A stretch of DNA of 59,884 bases from a virus, in IMG/VR virus record IMGVR_UViG_3300005532_000002; one strand, 5' to 3'. Shown in pieces: positions 36,016-44,304 of the stretch. A model generated the notes under the pieces. That model saw only the letters and a list, made by a program, of their open reading frames with translations, was not told where the DNA came from and ran no database searches. The position numbers and the translations under genes are program-made. How positions within the stretch are numbered: the first letter of the stretch is position 1; every line of letters begins with the position of its first letter.

Positions 36016-36207
36016 CTACCGCCAACGGATATCCACGAGGCCTGGCACCTGCAGCAGGATCAGGATCACAACCAATACAGCGACGACCACGACCGCGATG
36101 TTGACCGCCTGTGCGATCGGCGGCGGCAACGGCAACTGCCGCACAACCCACAGAACGAGGGCGATCACGATGACGACGATCAGCAAGTAGATCAGCAGTG
36201 CGATCAT
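36016..36207 (-). CDS. Very hydrophobic two-TM membrane protein, second holin candidate
   Basis: MIALLIYLLIVVIVIALVLWVV..IAVVVVAVLVVILILL. Confidence 0.6.
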   Translation of the reverse strand: MIALLIYLLIVVIVIALVLWVVRQLPLPPPIAQAVNIAVVVVAVLVVILILLQVPGLVDIRWR

Positions 36208-36216
36208 CGCCTGTCC

Positions 36217-36945
36217 TCACGCGCCGCGCGGCACGCTGCGGCGCCATCGGGAGCGCGGCAGCAGGCGACGATGGCGGCGGCTGCCGGCGGCCGGCACCAT
36301 GCGCGGGTGGCGCAGGCGCAGGTCGGTCAACTGCGTCCACGGGCCGCCCTGGCCGACATCGAAGACCCCGATATATCCCCCCTCCAGCAGCGCCGGCAGC
36401 GGCTTGGCGAGTTGGCCGAGGTGATCGAACGGCGGCGCCGGCGTCGCGCCGGGCGTGCCGGGTTGGAAATAGGACGGCAGCACGAAATCGCTGACCGGCA
36501 CGCCGTCGATGTCGTAGATGACCTCTTCGACCGCGTCGCACACTTCGTACATGTAGAGCTTGCCGGTCGTCTCGCCGTCCTGAACAAAGACCGTCAGGTT
36601 GATCTCGGGATCGGCCAGCATTTCGAGCAGTTCGTGTGAGGCGGTGACGGTCCACGATCCGCCGCTCTGAATTGTGGTCCGGGCGAACACTTTGCCGAGC
36701 GGCAGGCCGGCGGCGGTCGTCTCGTGATAGCCGAGGGCGTCGGCTTGGTCGCTGTCGTCGAGGATGACGAGCTGCCAGAACGCTTGGTTCGGCTGAATCT
36801 CTTTCGGAATCCAGTGCAACGCGGCGTCAATGCCCCAGGCTGCAGCGAACTCGCTGCTCACTTGCTTTTGCAGAGCGGCGACAACGGCCGGCATGTCGGC
36901 GTCGGTGACGGCGGTCGATTCGTTGATGACCGCGACGGCGATCAT
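36217..36945 (-). CDS. Hypothetical protein in the lysis cluster
   Basis: ORF 36217..36945, ATGA overlap with the amidase stop. Confidence 0.6.
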   Translation of the reverse strand: MIAVAVINESTAVTDADMPAVVAALQKQVSSEFAAAWGIDAALHWIPKEIQPNQAFWQLVILDDSDQADALGYHETTAAGLPLGKVFARTTIQSGGSWTVTASHELLEMLADPEINLTVFVQDGETTGKLYMYEVCDAVEEVIYDIDGVPVSDFVLPSYFQPGTPGATPAPPFDHLGQLAKPLPALLEGGYIGVFDVGQGGPWTQLTDLRLRHPRMVPAAGSRRHRRLLPRSRWRRSVPRGA

Positions 36946-37511
36946 GGAGTTCCTTTCGGATTATGCTCGCCGGCCAGCGCGGCGGTGAGGCGCGCGACGA
37001 TGTCGGCTTTCTCGATTTTTAGCCCCGGGCAGTCCCGGTGCGTCGTCCGCGGATCCTCGCGATGGAAGCGCAGCGTCGAGGGGCTCAGGCCGAGCGCGGC
37101 GTGCAATGTGGCGAGCGCCGCAATCGTATTCGCCGCCACCTGCGCGCCGGGGCCGCTCGCGAAGTCCTCGACATCGTAGTCGCCGACCATCTCGACGCCC
37201 CAAGACAGCAAGTTCCAACTCGGCGAATGGACGCCGGAGGTGGTGAGCGGCGTAAATACCCAGATCAGATCCGGCGCGACGAACAGATGCGGTCCGGCCG
37301 ACCAGTGCAGTTCGTCGCGGTAATAGTGGACGAGGTTCTGTATGCGCTCGGCCGCCGGGGGGCCGGCGCGCCATTGCGCCAATGTCGGCGCGCCGGTGTG
37401 GTGCAAGACCACGAGGTGCGGGCGCCAACTTACCCAGCGCAGGCCATTGACGTAATTGACGAAAGCGTCGGGGGTGAAGCCCTTGCCGACAATGCCTTTC
37501 CAGGCGAGCAT
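36942..37511 (-). CDS. N-acetylmuramoyl-L-alanine amidase (Amidase_2/PGRP type) endolysin
   Basis: LVVLHHTGAP..GPHLFV..WGVEMVGDYD..HRDCPG. Confidence 0.8.
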   Translation of the reverse strand: MLAWKGIVGKGFTPDAFVNYVNGLRWVSWRPHLVVLHHTGAPTLAQWRAGPPAAERIQNLVHYYRDELHWSAGPHLFVAPDLIWVFTPLTTSGVHSPSWNLLSWGVEMVGDYDVEDFASGPGAQVAANTIAALATLHAALGLSPSTLRFHREDPRTTHRDCPGLKIEKADIVARLTAALAGEHNPKGTP

Positions 37512-37512
37512 A

Positions 37513-37701
37513 TCACTCTCGCAGCGCCATCACCGCGGCCAGCATGTCAATCGCCGACCAGCGCGCATGCTCGACGCGCTTGCCCTCGCCGAACGTCTCG
37601 ACGGGCCGCTCGGCGATGTCCTCGACGAGGCCGACCAGCGCGGCGGCGAGCTTGTGCGCCTCGGCGATCAGTTCGGACCGAGGCGGCGCGGACATGTCCA
37701 T
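37513..37701 (-). CDS. Hypothetical protein
   Basis: ORF 37513..37701. Confidence 0.45.
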   Translation of the reverse strand: MDMSAPPRSELIAEAHKLAAALVGLVEDIAERPVETFGEGKRVEHARWSAIDMLAAVMALRE

Positions 37702-37704
37702 GCT

Positions 37705-37938
37705 CTACGGCAGCGGCGGGATCAGCGCGGACGGGGCGACGCCGAGCGCGGCGGCGAGCCGCAGGAACGGCCCTACCCTCAATTTCAACTCGCCGCTCTC
37801 GTAGCGGCAGAGACTGGCCGGCCACAGGGCGGCCCGGTGCGCAACCCGATATTGCCGCAGCCCCGCCGCTTGGCGCGCCGCGACTAGGTTGCGGCCGAGC
37901 GCGACGTACCAGGCCTCGGAGTCGCCGGCAGGGTTCAA
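37705..37938 (-). CDS. Small HTH (XRE-like) protein
   Basis: TTG in a TTGA overlap with the upstream stop. LGRNLVAARQAAGLRQYRVAHRAALWPASLCRYESG. Confidence 0.45.
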   Translation of the reverse strand: MNPAGDSEAWYVALGRNLVAARQAAGLRQYRVAHRAALWPASLCRYESGELKLRVGPFLRLAAALGVAPSALIPPLP

Positions 37939-38480
37939 GTGGCCCGCCCGTATTGCTGACCGGCGAGCGCGCCGAGGGCCGCGATGAGAATGCCGGAGGC
38001 CGCTTCCTGGCTGATTCGACGGCCATTCCAGCCCTGTTCGATGGCCCATTGTTTGATTGACTGTTCCGCGCCGACGACGTGCCAGAGACAGGACCCGGCC
38101 GGCGAGGCGATGCCGCCGACGAGCTGGATCTGTCGCCACACGGCCTTTTTGGCGTCCTCGACGCGGGCGCCGTCGGCTTGCTCGCGATGCGGGCCGCTGC
38201 GGCCGCCATGCGGCAGGCGCAGCCGATCATAGTCCATGCCATGCAGGCGATGATGATGGGCGAGCGCGAACACGTTGCGAAAGTCCTCGCCGGCCTGCCG
38301 CATCTCGGCCGTAATCGAGCCGCGGCGCTCCATCATGGCGAGGGTATCGATGCAGCGGTAGGGCCGCGCCGGGCGCCCGGCCTCGTCGGCGATGGCGCGC
38401 GGGACCGCTTCGATGCGATCGTGGCGGCGGCGTTCGAGGGTGGGCTCGACGAGCGGCGTGGCAACGGCAGTGCGGGGCAT
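37935..38480 (-). CDS. First gene of the late operon, possible regulator
   Basis: ATG at 38480 (aa 13 of ORF 37935..38516) with GAGG upstream. Confidence 0.55.
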   Translation of the reverse strand: MPRTAVATPLVEPTLERRRHDRIEAVPRAIADEAGRPARPYRCIDTLAMMERRGSITAEMRQAGEDFRNVFALAHHHRLHGMDYDRLRLPHGGRSGPHREQADGARVEDAKKAVWRQIQLVGGIASPAGSCLWHVVGAEQSIKQWAIEQGWNGRRISQEAASGILIAALGALAGQQYGRAT

Positions 38481-38536
38481 CGGACCTCGGCACCGCGCCG
38501 CCGGGGGTCGGCGCACAATTTAAACAGGATAGCGCC

Positions 38537-38564
38537 GGTATATCGGTTACATCCGAGTTGTCAA
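38537..38564 (-). promoter_or_regulatory. Sigma70-like promoter for the late operon
   Basis: Minus strand: TTGACA, 16 nt, TATACC, about 50 nt upstream of the ATG at 38480. Confidence 0.5.
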
Positions 38565-38617
38565 GCAACATTTACGGTGCCCGGCGGCGGCGGCGCATAA
38601 AAGTTAGTTAAAGCCCA

Positions 38618-38644
38618 CCCCGCGCGAGCGTTGCTTGCGCGGGG
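38618..38644 (-). terminator. Stem-loop terminator ending the leftward early operon
   Basis: ccccgcgcgagc-gtt-gcttgcgcgggg (12-bp stem with one G-U), 48 nt after the stop at 38692, T-rich tract follows on the minus strand. Confidence 0.5.
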
Positions 38645-38691
38645 CCCCCAAAGGCGCGGCCTCAGCGGTGCAGCCGGATGCGGACAAGACA

Positions 38692-39126
38692 TCAATGGAT
38701 GAGCTTCGCCACCGCGACAACGACGCCGGTCAGCGCCAGCACCGCGGCGACCCCGGTGCCGACCACCCACCGGATCAATCGCGCCTCGATCTCGCGGGTT
38801 TCGGCCCGGAGCTTCTCGATCTCGGTGCGCAGAGAGGCGTCGCCGATCGCCATCTCGCCGCGCAGGCCCGCGATCTCGGTCCGCACCTCGCCGCGCAGTT
38901 CTGCAATCTCGGTCCGGACCGAGCCGATTTCGGTCCGCATCTCGCCGCGCAGATCGGAAATCTCGGCGCGCAGCTCGGCAACGGCGACCTGGAGATCCTG
39001 CCGGGTCGCGACATCGCCGCTTGCCGCCTCGGCGATCGCGCTCGCCACGTCGTGCGCCTGGCGCGCCGGCATGCCGGCGGCTTCGAGCCGATCGGCGAGC
39101 TTGAGCGTGTCGAACAGGACGGCCAC
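38692..39126 (-). CDS. DUF1640/CCDC90-like coiled-coil protein with C-terminal TM
   Basis: FDTLKLADRLEAAGMPARQAH, 11-aa repeats RTEIxxLRGEM, TM VVGTGVAAVLALTGVVVAV. Confidence 0.65.
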   Translation of the reverse strand: MAVLFDTLKLADRLEAAGMPARQAHDVASAIAEAASGDVATRQDLQVAVAELRAEISDLRGEMRTEIGSVRTEIAELRGEVRTEIAGLRGEMAIGDASLRTEIEKLRAETREIEARLIRWVVGTGVAAVLALTGVVVAVAKLIH

Positions 39127-39128
39127 AA

Positions 39129-39452
39129 CTATTCCCCGTTGAGCACGCGCTTGGCCGCGCGCACTTCCCCGACGGGAAGCTCAATATGCTCGGCCTCATC
39201 AAGGTCGGGCAAGGTCAGATCCTCGAAATCCTGGACCGAGTCGGGCAGCGCCGCCGCCGCCTCGGCGAACGGTCGCAGCGCTGCCCGCAGCGCGTCGCGT
39301 TCGGCGAGTATGACGGCGATCTTGGAGACGGCGCGATCCTCGGCCAAATCACGAGCGCGGCCCCAGTTCTCTTGGGTTGGTTCGACGCGTTCGGAATCGC
39401 GATGCCTATCGGGCGCGCCTGGCGGCTGGCGCGAACCGAGGCGACAGGTCAT
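39129..39452 (-). CDS. Hypothetical protein
   Basis: ORF 39129..39452, ATGA overlap with the DHH gene stop. Confidence 0.5.
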   Translation of the reverse strand: MTCRLGSRQPPGAPDRHRDSERVEPTQENWGRARDLAEDRAVSKIAVILAERDALRAALRPFAEAAAALPDSVQDFEDLTLPDLDEAEHIELPVGEVRAAKRVLNGE

Positions 39453-40339
39453 GACGCGCCCGCCGTCGCCCCGTGCACCGGCGCATCCGCCGTAAAGCCG
39501 GCCGCGTTCTCATGGCCGCCGCCGCCGAATTGTTTGGCGATAACACTGACATCAAAACCATTCCGCGACCGCAGCGAGTAATACCAGCGGCCCCGGGCGA
39601 TCTCGAAATAGCAGGCGCCGAAATCATGCCCGCGCTCGGCCAACTCGCCTGCGACCTCGCTGGCGAAGGCATAGGGCGCATTGGCGATCCACAGCGGACG
39701 GCCGCCGAGCGTGCTTTCGTAGGCCGCTCGTTTGAAGTCCTCGACACGCAAACGGTAATATCGGTGGATGCTGCGGCCCTCGGCGATCAGCGGCATTGGG
39801 CCGCCGGCGACGAGATCATCCCACACGGCAAAGTCCTGCGGATAGGAACGCAGCGCCAGCGTGAACAAATCGATATCCGGCAGGCTCTTGCGCCACAGAT
39901 CGCGGTCCTCGATGTAGTTGATGAAGGGCAATCTCGGCGCGCCGCCGCGCAGATAATCCCACGTCAGCCCGGCCCCGCTGCGGCGCATATCGAACAGCGC
40001 CGCAACCCGGACGCGGGCGGAAAGATCGCCGCACCATGCCGCCGCCTGCCAAGCCGGCCAGGACGGCGGTTCGGCGATCCCCGCCAGGTCCTCGGCCGCC
40101 GTTTTGTGGTGATCAATAATCAGGATCGAATGCGCCGTCTCGGCCATGCGCTCCAGCACTGCCCGCGGATAGCTGAAATCGACGATTAGCACGTTGCGCC
40201 CGCTCACGTCGGGCGGCTCGGTCTGATACTGCGCGGCACAGAAATCAACATTGTCGGCGCCGAGCACATGCCACACCACCCAAGCCGCGGCAACGCCGTC
40301 ATCGCAATGACCATGAAAAATACAAAGAGGTTTCATCAA
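39449..40339 (-). CDS. DHH/DHHA1-family phosphoesterase
   Basis: HGHCDDG, IIDHHKT, GGGGHENAAGF motifs. Confidence 0.8.
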   Translation of the reverse strand: MMKPLCIFHGHCDDGVAAAWVVWHVLGADNVDFCAAQYQTEPPDVSGRNVLIVDFSYPRAVLERMAETAHSILIIDHHKTAAEDLAGIAEPPSWPAWQAAAWCGDLSARVRVAALFDMRRSGAGLTWDYLRGGAPRLPFINYIEDRDLWRKSLPDIDLFTLALRSYPQDFAVWDDLVAGGPMPLIAEGRSIHRYYRLRVEDFKRAAYESTLGGRPLWIANAPYAFASEVAGELAERGHDFGACYFEIARGRWYYSLRSRNGFDVSVIAKQFGGGGHENAAGFTADAPVHGATAGAS

Positions 40340-40524
40340 ATCAACCCTTTATCCAGCGCCAGCCATTCTGGCATGGCGATTGTGCCGTCGTCGCCGATTT
40401 CGATCTGTGAGCGCGGCAACCAAACTGTAGTTTTACCGTCGTATACTTGAACGGCCTTTGCGGTCTGGGCTCGGATCTCGCAAGGGATGTCCACGAGATC
40501 GCTGCGACCGCTGGTCTTGCTCAT
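40336..40524 (-). CDS. Small conserved phage protein
   Basis: ORF 40336..40524, AKAVQVYDGKTTVWLPRSQI. Confidence 0.55.
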   Translation of the reverse strand: MSKTSGRSDLVDIPCEIRAQTAKAVQVYDGKTTVWLPRSQIEIGDDGTIAMPEWLALDKGLI

Positions 40525-40826
40525 GGCACGCCCCCTGAGCCCGTCGAAGGGGCCGCCGTCACGCCCAGCTCGGCTTGCGCCGCAGCCAGGGCGGCCGCAT
40601 CCGTGCGGCGCCGACGCTCAGCGTCCTCCGCCTGCTCGATCCGCGCCGTGTGTAGCCGCGCCTCGCGATGGCGAGCGAGGCGAGCGAGCTCCGGCAAGAT
40701 CTCGTCGGCAGGGCGCCGCGGCCGGCCGGCCGCGGCCTGAAGGCGAGTGAGCGCCTCGTCGAGGTCGAGACCTCCGATCTTGAGTGGCTGAAAGACGCGA
40801 AGCGAACGAGCGCTTCGCGAAGCCAT
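40521..40826 (-). CDS. Hypothetical protein
   Basis: Internal ATG (aa 41). The longer ORF would start at a TTG inside the iteron array. Confidence 0.45.
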   Translation of the reverse strand: MASRSARSLRVFQPLKIGGLDLDEALTRLQAAAGRPRRPADEILPELARLARHREARLHTARIEQAEDAERRRRTDAAALAAAQAELGVTAAPSTGSGGVP

Positions 40827-40895
40827 GAGCGAAGCGAAGCGCTCGGGGTGAATTACCCCGTAGCCCCCCTTTAGGGGGGCGTAGGGGTAAGAGGG

Positions 40896-41062
40896 GGTCA
40901 ACGCAAGGTCAACGCAAAGCATTTTCAACGACTTATCCGAGGTCAACGCAGGTCAACGCAAGGTCAACGCACAAAGGTCAACGCACAACGATTTCAACGT
41001 CTTAGCTCCTTTTTTGCGTTGACCTTGGCCAAACCGGAAAGGTCAACGCAGAGGTCAACGCC
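40896..41062. repeat. Iteron array (GGTCAACGCA, eight direct copies and one inverted), putative replication origin
   Basis: Copies at 40896, 40907, 40941, 40951, 40962, 40976, 41041, 41053; inverted copy at 41015; degenerate TTTCAACG at about 40923 and 40992; A/T-rich tract 41063-41082. Confidence 0.75.
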
Positions 41063-41097
41063 AATTTTTTTCTGTAAAATGGCGTGCAGAGGGATGC

Positions 41098-42273
41098 TCA
41101 TTCGGGTTTCCCCTCTTCCGGCAGGACGACCCCGGCCGGCTTGATGACGGTGCGAAGGCGTCGATCGTTTCCCTTCGCGGCGACGATCACGAGACGCCCT
41201 TTTTCGAGAAGCCTGTCCTTTGCGGCATCAAGATCGTTGAATGAATAGCGCCGCGAGCGCGAGCCGGCTTCGACGGCCCGGGTGACATAGGTGCGCGAGA
41301 AGCGGTCGGGGCTCATCCGCGTGCCGCTTTTGGTCAGATCCATAACCCTGTCGAATACATAGCTTTCAATGGCAACAGAACCGACGAGGCCGCTTACCTC
41401 GCTCGGCATGTTGCGCACAAAAACCCCATTCTCCCAAATCAGCGGTAAAATTCCATGTCCCGGCCCCTGATTGTTTTTCATCGTTTTTAAAATGCGCTCA
41501 TTCGTCCCATCTTCTTCTTCGAATTGGTCTTCTTCCTTTTTTCGAGGCTTGGTCAAATAGAGGCGCGAGCGAACGGAATTGTTCCAGGCCGTTGAGCCTG
41601 ACAGTCCGGTTCCGTTGTTCATGCCCTGAAGGCTCGGATGCGCAGTCAGAATGACGCATCCTTGGATTTGCACCGCCAGGCGGCGCAATTCTGTGATGAA
41701 TCGGCGCACCTGATTGCGCACAATCTCATTGCCGCCATAGGCGTCGGCGATCGTGTCGATCACGACAAGCTGGGCGCCAAAATCCAGGACCGCAGTGCGC
41801 AGTTGATCCCATAGCGGCGTTGGCAATGCGCGATCGGTGCGCCTGTCGAACTCCACCAATACGTTTTCCATCCCGACGCGCGAGACATACAGGGTTTCTA
41901 CGTCGGGATATTCACAATCGTAATGCTCGTTTATGCGCGCCTGGCGGCGGTGCAATTCGTCTTTGTCGTCTTCACAGAAGAAACCGAAACCCTTGCATTT
42001 CTGTGTCTTAAGGCCAAGCCAATCCTTGCCGATCGCGGCGGCTGTCAATAGCTGCTGCATCAGCAAAGACTTTCCGATTCCACCGTCGCCGGACAGCATT
42101 CCGACAGTGCCGCGCAATAGACAACCCTCCACCATCCAATCGTATGGCGGAGGGTCTTTGAGGTACCATTCGGCTGGCGAGAACGCGCCGAACGGCTCGG
42201 CAGGGCGCGGCCTTGCGCTTGATGCGCCATTGGGGAACCGCGAAATGTTGCTGTCATTCCAACGGCCCTGCAT
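41098..42273 (-). CDS. RepA/AAA_25-type (RecA-fold) replicative helicase
   Basis: Walker A GDGGIGKS, Walker B LVVIDTIADAYGG, next to the primase gene, lower GC. Confidence 0.75.
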   Translation of the reverse strand: MQGRWNDSNISRFPNGASSARPRPAEPFGAFSPAEWYLKDPPPYDWMVEGCLLRGTVGMLSGDGGIGKSLLMQQLLTAAAIGKDWLGLKTQKCKGFGFFCEDDKDELHRRQARINEHYDCEYPDVETLYVSRVGMENVLVEFDRRTDRALPTPLWDQLRTAVLDFGAQLVVIDTIADAYGGNEIVRNQVRRFITELRRLAVQIQGCVILTAHPSLQGMNNGTGLSGSTAWNNSVRSRLYLTKPRKKEEDQFEEEDGTNERILKTMKNNQGPGHGILPLIWENGVFVRNMPSEVSGLVGSVAIESYVFDRVMDLTKSGTRMSPDRFSRTYVTRAVEAGSRSRRYSFNDLDAAKDRLLEKGRLVIVAAKGNDRRLRTVIKPAGVVLPEEGKPE

Positions 42274-42285
42274 GGCCGCACACCC

Positions 42286-43212
42286 CTAGCTTTGCCTGGA
42301 TTGCAGCCATTCGTTGAAATCAGAGAATTCCGGCGGCGGGAACTCGACGATGGTTTCGAGCCCCTGCGCCTCGTATCCTTCGCGCGCCCGCTCCGCGGCC
42401 TTTTCACCGACTTCGCCATTATCGGCGAAGATGATGATGCGACCGACGCATTCTGGGATCGTGATGCGCCCCAACCTGGGGGCGCCGAGCACCGCCCACA
42501 CGGGCAGGGAATAGAGCGCGCGGGCGGCGAGTGCCGTCTCTATTCCTTCGGCGATGCCCAAGGTCATGCCAACAATGCGCGCCAGACGCACCGCCCCGTC
42601 GCCCATCGGGCCGAGTGTCTTCTTGGCGACCTTGACATCCGCCTTCATGTTCGGCTGTAGCGGCACGCCGTTCTCGCAGGCATAGCGCGAGCGCACCCAA
42701 ATGCGCTGGATGGCGGTTATGCGGCCGCCGCCATCCTGGATAGCGCCGACAAGCGCCGGTAGGGGCCTCTTGACTTCGGTGTTGTAGAGCGCGGGATGGA
42801 AGCGCAGGCTCGGCGGGATGTAGCCGCCGAGGCCTCGGCTCCAGAGATAGAGACGCGCCGGATCGTTGCCGATCGGCCGAGAATTGCGCCAGATTTCCCG
42901 AGCGGCACGCATCGCCGCTTGCTCGTCTTCATCAAGGTCGGCCGGCGCTGGGTGCGTGCGCGGCTTGAACTCGCGTTTTATCCCGAAATCGTCGCGGGAG
43001 GGCCACAGGCCGCGCGCCCGCAGCGCGTCGAGCACCGCATCCTGCGGGCAGCCGGCAAAGCATTTCACGAGGACGCGGTTGTATTTCTCGCAGACGGACA
43101 GGGCGTCGCTTTTGTTGCCGTGCGCGGGGCACGGGCAGACGCCATAGCCGCGATACCAGTGTCCCTTGAGCGCCCGAACGATGTCGCGGGCGGAGACCTG
43201 CTCGGCGCTCAT
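42286..43212 (-). CDS. Zinc-binding plus Toprim DNA primase
   Basis: Internal ATG (aa 41). CPCPAHGNKSDALSV..CFAGC; IIIFADNGEVGEKAA. Confidence 0.7.
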   Translation of the reverse strand: MSAEQVSARDIVRALKGHWYRGYGVCPCPAHGNKSDALSVCEKYNRVLVKCFAGCPQDAVLDALRARGLWPSRDDFGIKREFKPRTHPAPADLDEDEQAAMRAAREIWRNSRPIGNDPARLYLWSRGLGGYIPPSLRFHPALYNTEVKRPLPALVGAIQDGGGRITAIQRIWVRSRYACENGVPLQPNMKADVKVAKKTLGPMGDGAVRLARIVGMTLGIAEGIETALAARALYSLPVWAVLGAPRLGRITIPECVGRIIIFADNGEVGEKAAERAREGYEAQGLETIVEFPPPEFSDFNEWLQSRQS

Positions 43213-43481
43213 TTTGCCGCCCTCTCGGGGTCGCGGTGATCGTGAACGCCGATGGAGGCCGGCTTCCCCGCGGCGAGGTAATGCGCGTTGAGCGCATCTC
43301 GGATGAGCCGCGCGCCGAGCGCGACGCCGCAATCCGGGTGCAGCGCGATGGCGCGCCCGGAGCCATACCAGAGCGCCGCCAAGCCAGCCAAAGGCTTGCC
43401 GCAGAAAAAACAGGCATCCGGCGTATGATCGCCGAAGAAGTCGGTCAGACCGGACAGATGGTCAAGGTTTTCGACGCTCAA
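43209..43481 (-). CDS. Hypothetical protein
   Basis: TTG start with SD AAGGAG 8 nt upstream. Stop overlaps the primase ATG. Confidence 0.6.
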   Translation of the reverse strand: MSVENLDHLSGLTDFFGDHTPDACFFCGKPLAGLAALWYGSGRAIALHPDCGVALGARLIRDALNAHYLAAGKPASIGVHDHRDPERAAK

Positions 43482-43738
43482 CGCGGGATCTCCTTATTTC
43501 AGAGATCCGCTGGTTCGGGCGCCCAAACGCGAGCATTCCCGCCGTGCGGAACGACGGGCTTGACGGCGACCAGGCCATATGTAGGATGCTGCCCATCGGG
43601 CGGCGAACTCCTGCTGATGAGACCAGCGGACAGTAGGCCGAGCCTTGCGGCTCGGTGTGCGTCGGCTGCTACCGACGCACCCGCCCACAATGCCACACGC
43701 CAAATTCAATGGCAAGCGCCGACCTTGCGCCGGCGCTA

Positions 43739-44065
43739 TCATGGCCGCCACGATTGCCGCCCTCCCTCGTAAGCCCGCACCTCGACATGCCCGGTCAGAT
43801 CGGCCGGGATCAGATCGGCATGCGCCGCCAACGCGGCGCGCACCTGGCGCTCGGTGCAGTGGGGACGCTTGCTCGAGCCGCCGTTGCTGTCGTGCGGCGT
43901 GAGCCCGGTGCCGTCGGCCGCCGTCCAGATCACGAGCGGCTGGCGCTTGGGCGCCTCGGCCATGAGTTTCTTCAGCCAATGCCGCACGGTCGCGGCGTCC
44001 TCGCGGTAGGCGATCGCTTCGAGGAATTTCGCCACGGCGAAGCTGCGGCGTTCGGCCGAGGTCAT
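43739..44065 (-). CDS. Hypothetical protein
   Basis: Internal ATG (aa 62) in an ATGA overlap. Confidence 0.5.
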   Translation of the reverse strand: MTSAERRSFAVAKFLEAIAYREDAATVRHWLKKLMAEAPKRQPLVIWTAADGTGLTPHDSNGGSSKRPHCTERQVRAALAAHADLIPADLTGHVEVRAYEGGRQSWRP

Positions 44066-44304
44066 GGCGGCACCACGGCGACGGCATAGCCGAGCCTCCG
44101 CATCGCGCCTTCGGCTTGGCGCAGCTCGGGATAGACCCGGTTGGAGTGCGCATAGAGCCGCCGGCAGCGGCAACGGCGGACGATTCGGTATCCGCCCTCT
44201 GGCGCGAAATTGGCGTGTTGGCGAGCCGGCCGCGGCTGGTCTGGCCACGGCACGAATTCGATGTGCGGGTGAACGAGGCTATTGCAGATGCGCCACGTTC
44301 TCAT
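44062..44304 (-). CDS. Hypothetical protein
   Basis: Internal ATG (aa 14), overlaps the GIY-YIG gene stop by 4 nt. Confidence 0.45.
   Translation of the reverse strand: MRTWRICNSLVHPHIEFVPWPDQPRPARQHANFAPEGGYRIVRRCRCRRLYAHSNRVYPELRQAEGAMRRLGYAVAVVPP

Noticed and set aside
40896-41062. Possible CRISPR array.
   Set aside because: The repeats are only 10 bp, mostly abut one another or are separated by 1-4 nt, and one copy is inverted. There are no spacers and no cas genes. This fits iterons.
43611-43620. CTGATGAG, a possible hammerhead ribozyme core.
   Set aside because: No matching GAAA core or three-stem arrangement follows. It is an isolated octamer.
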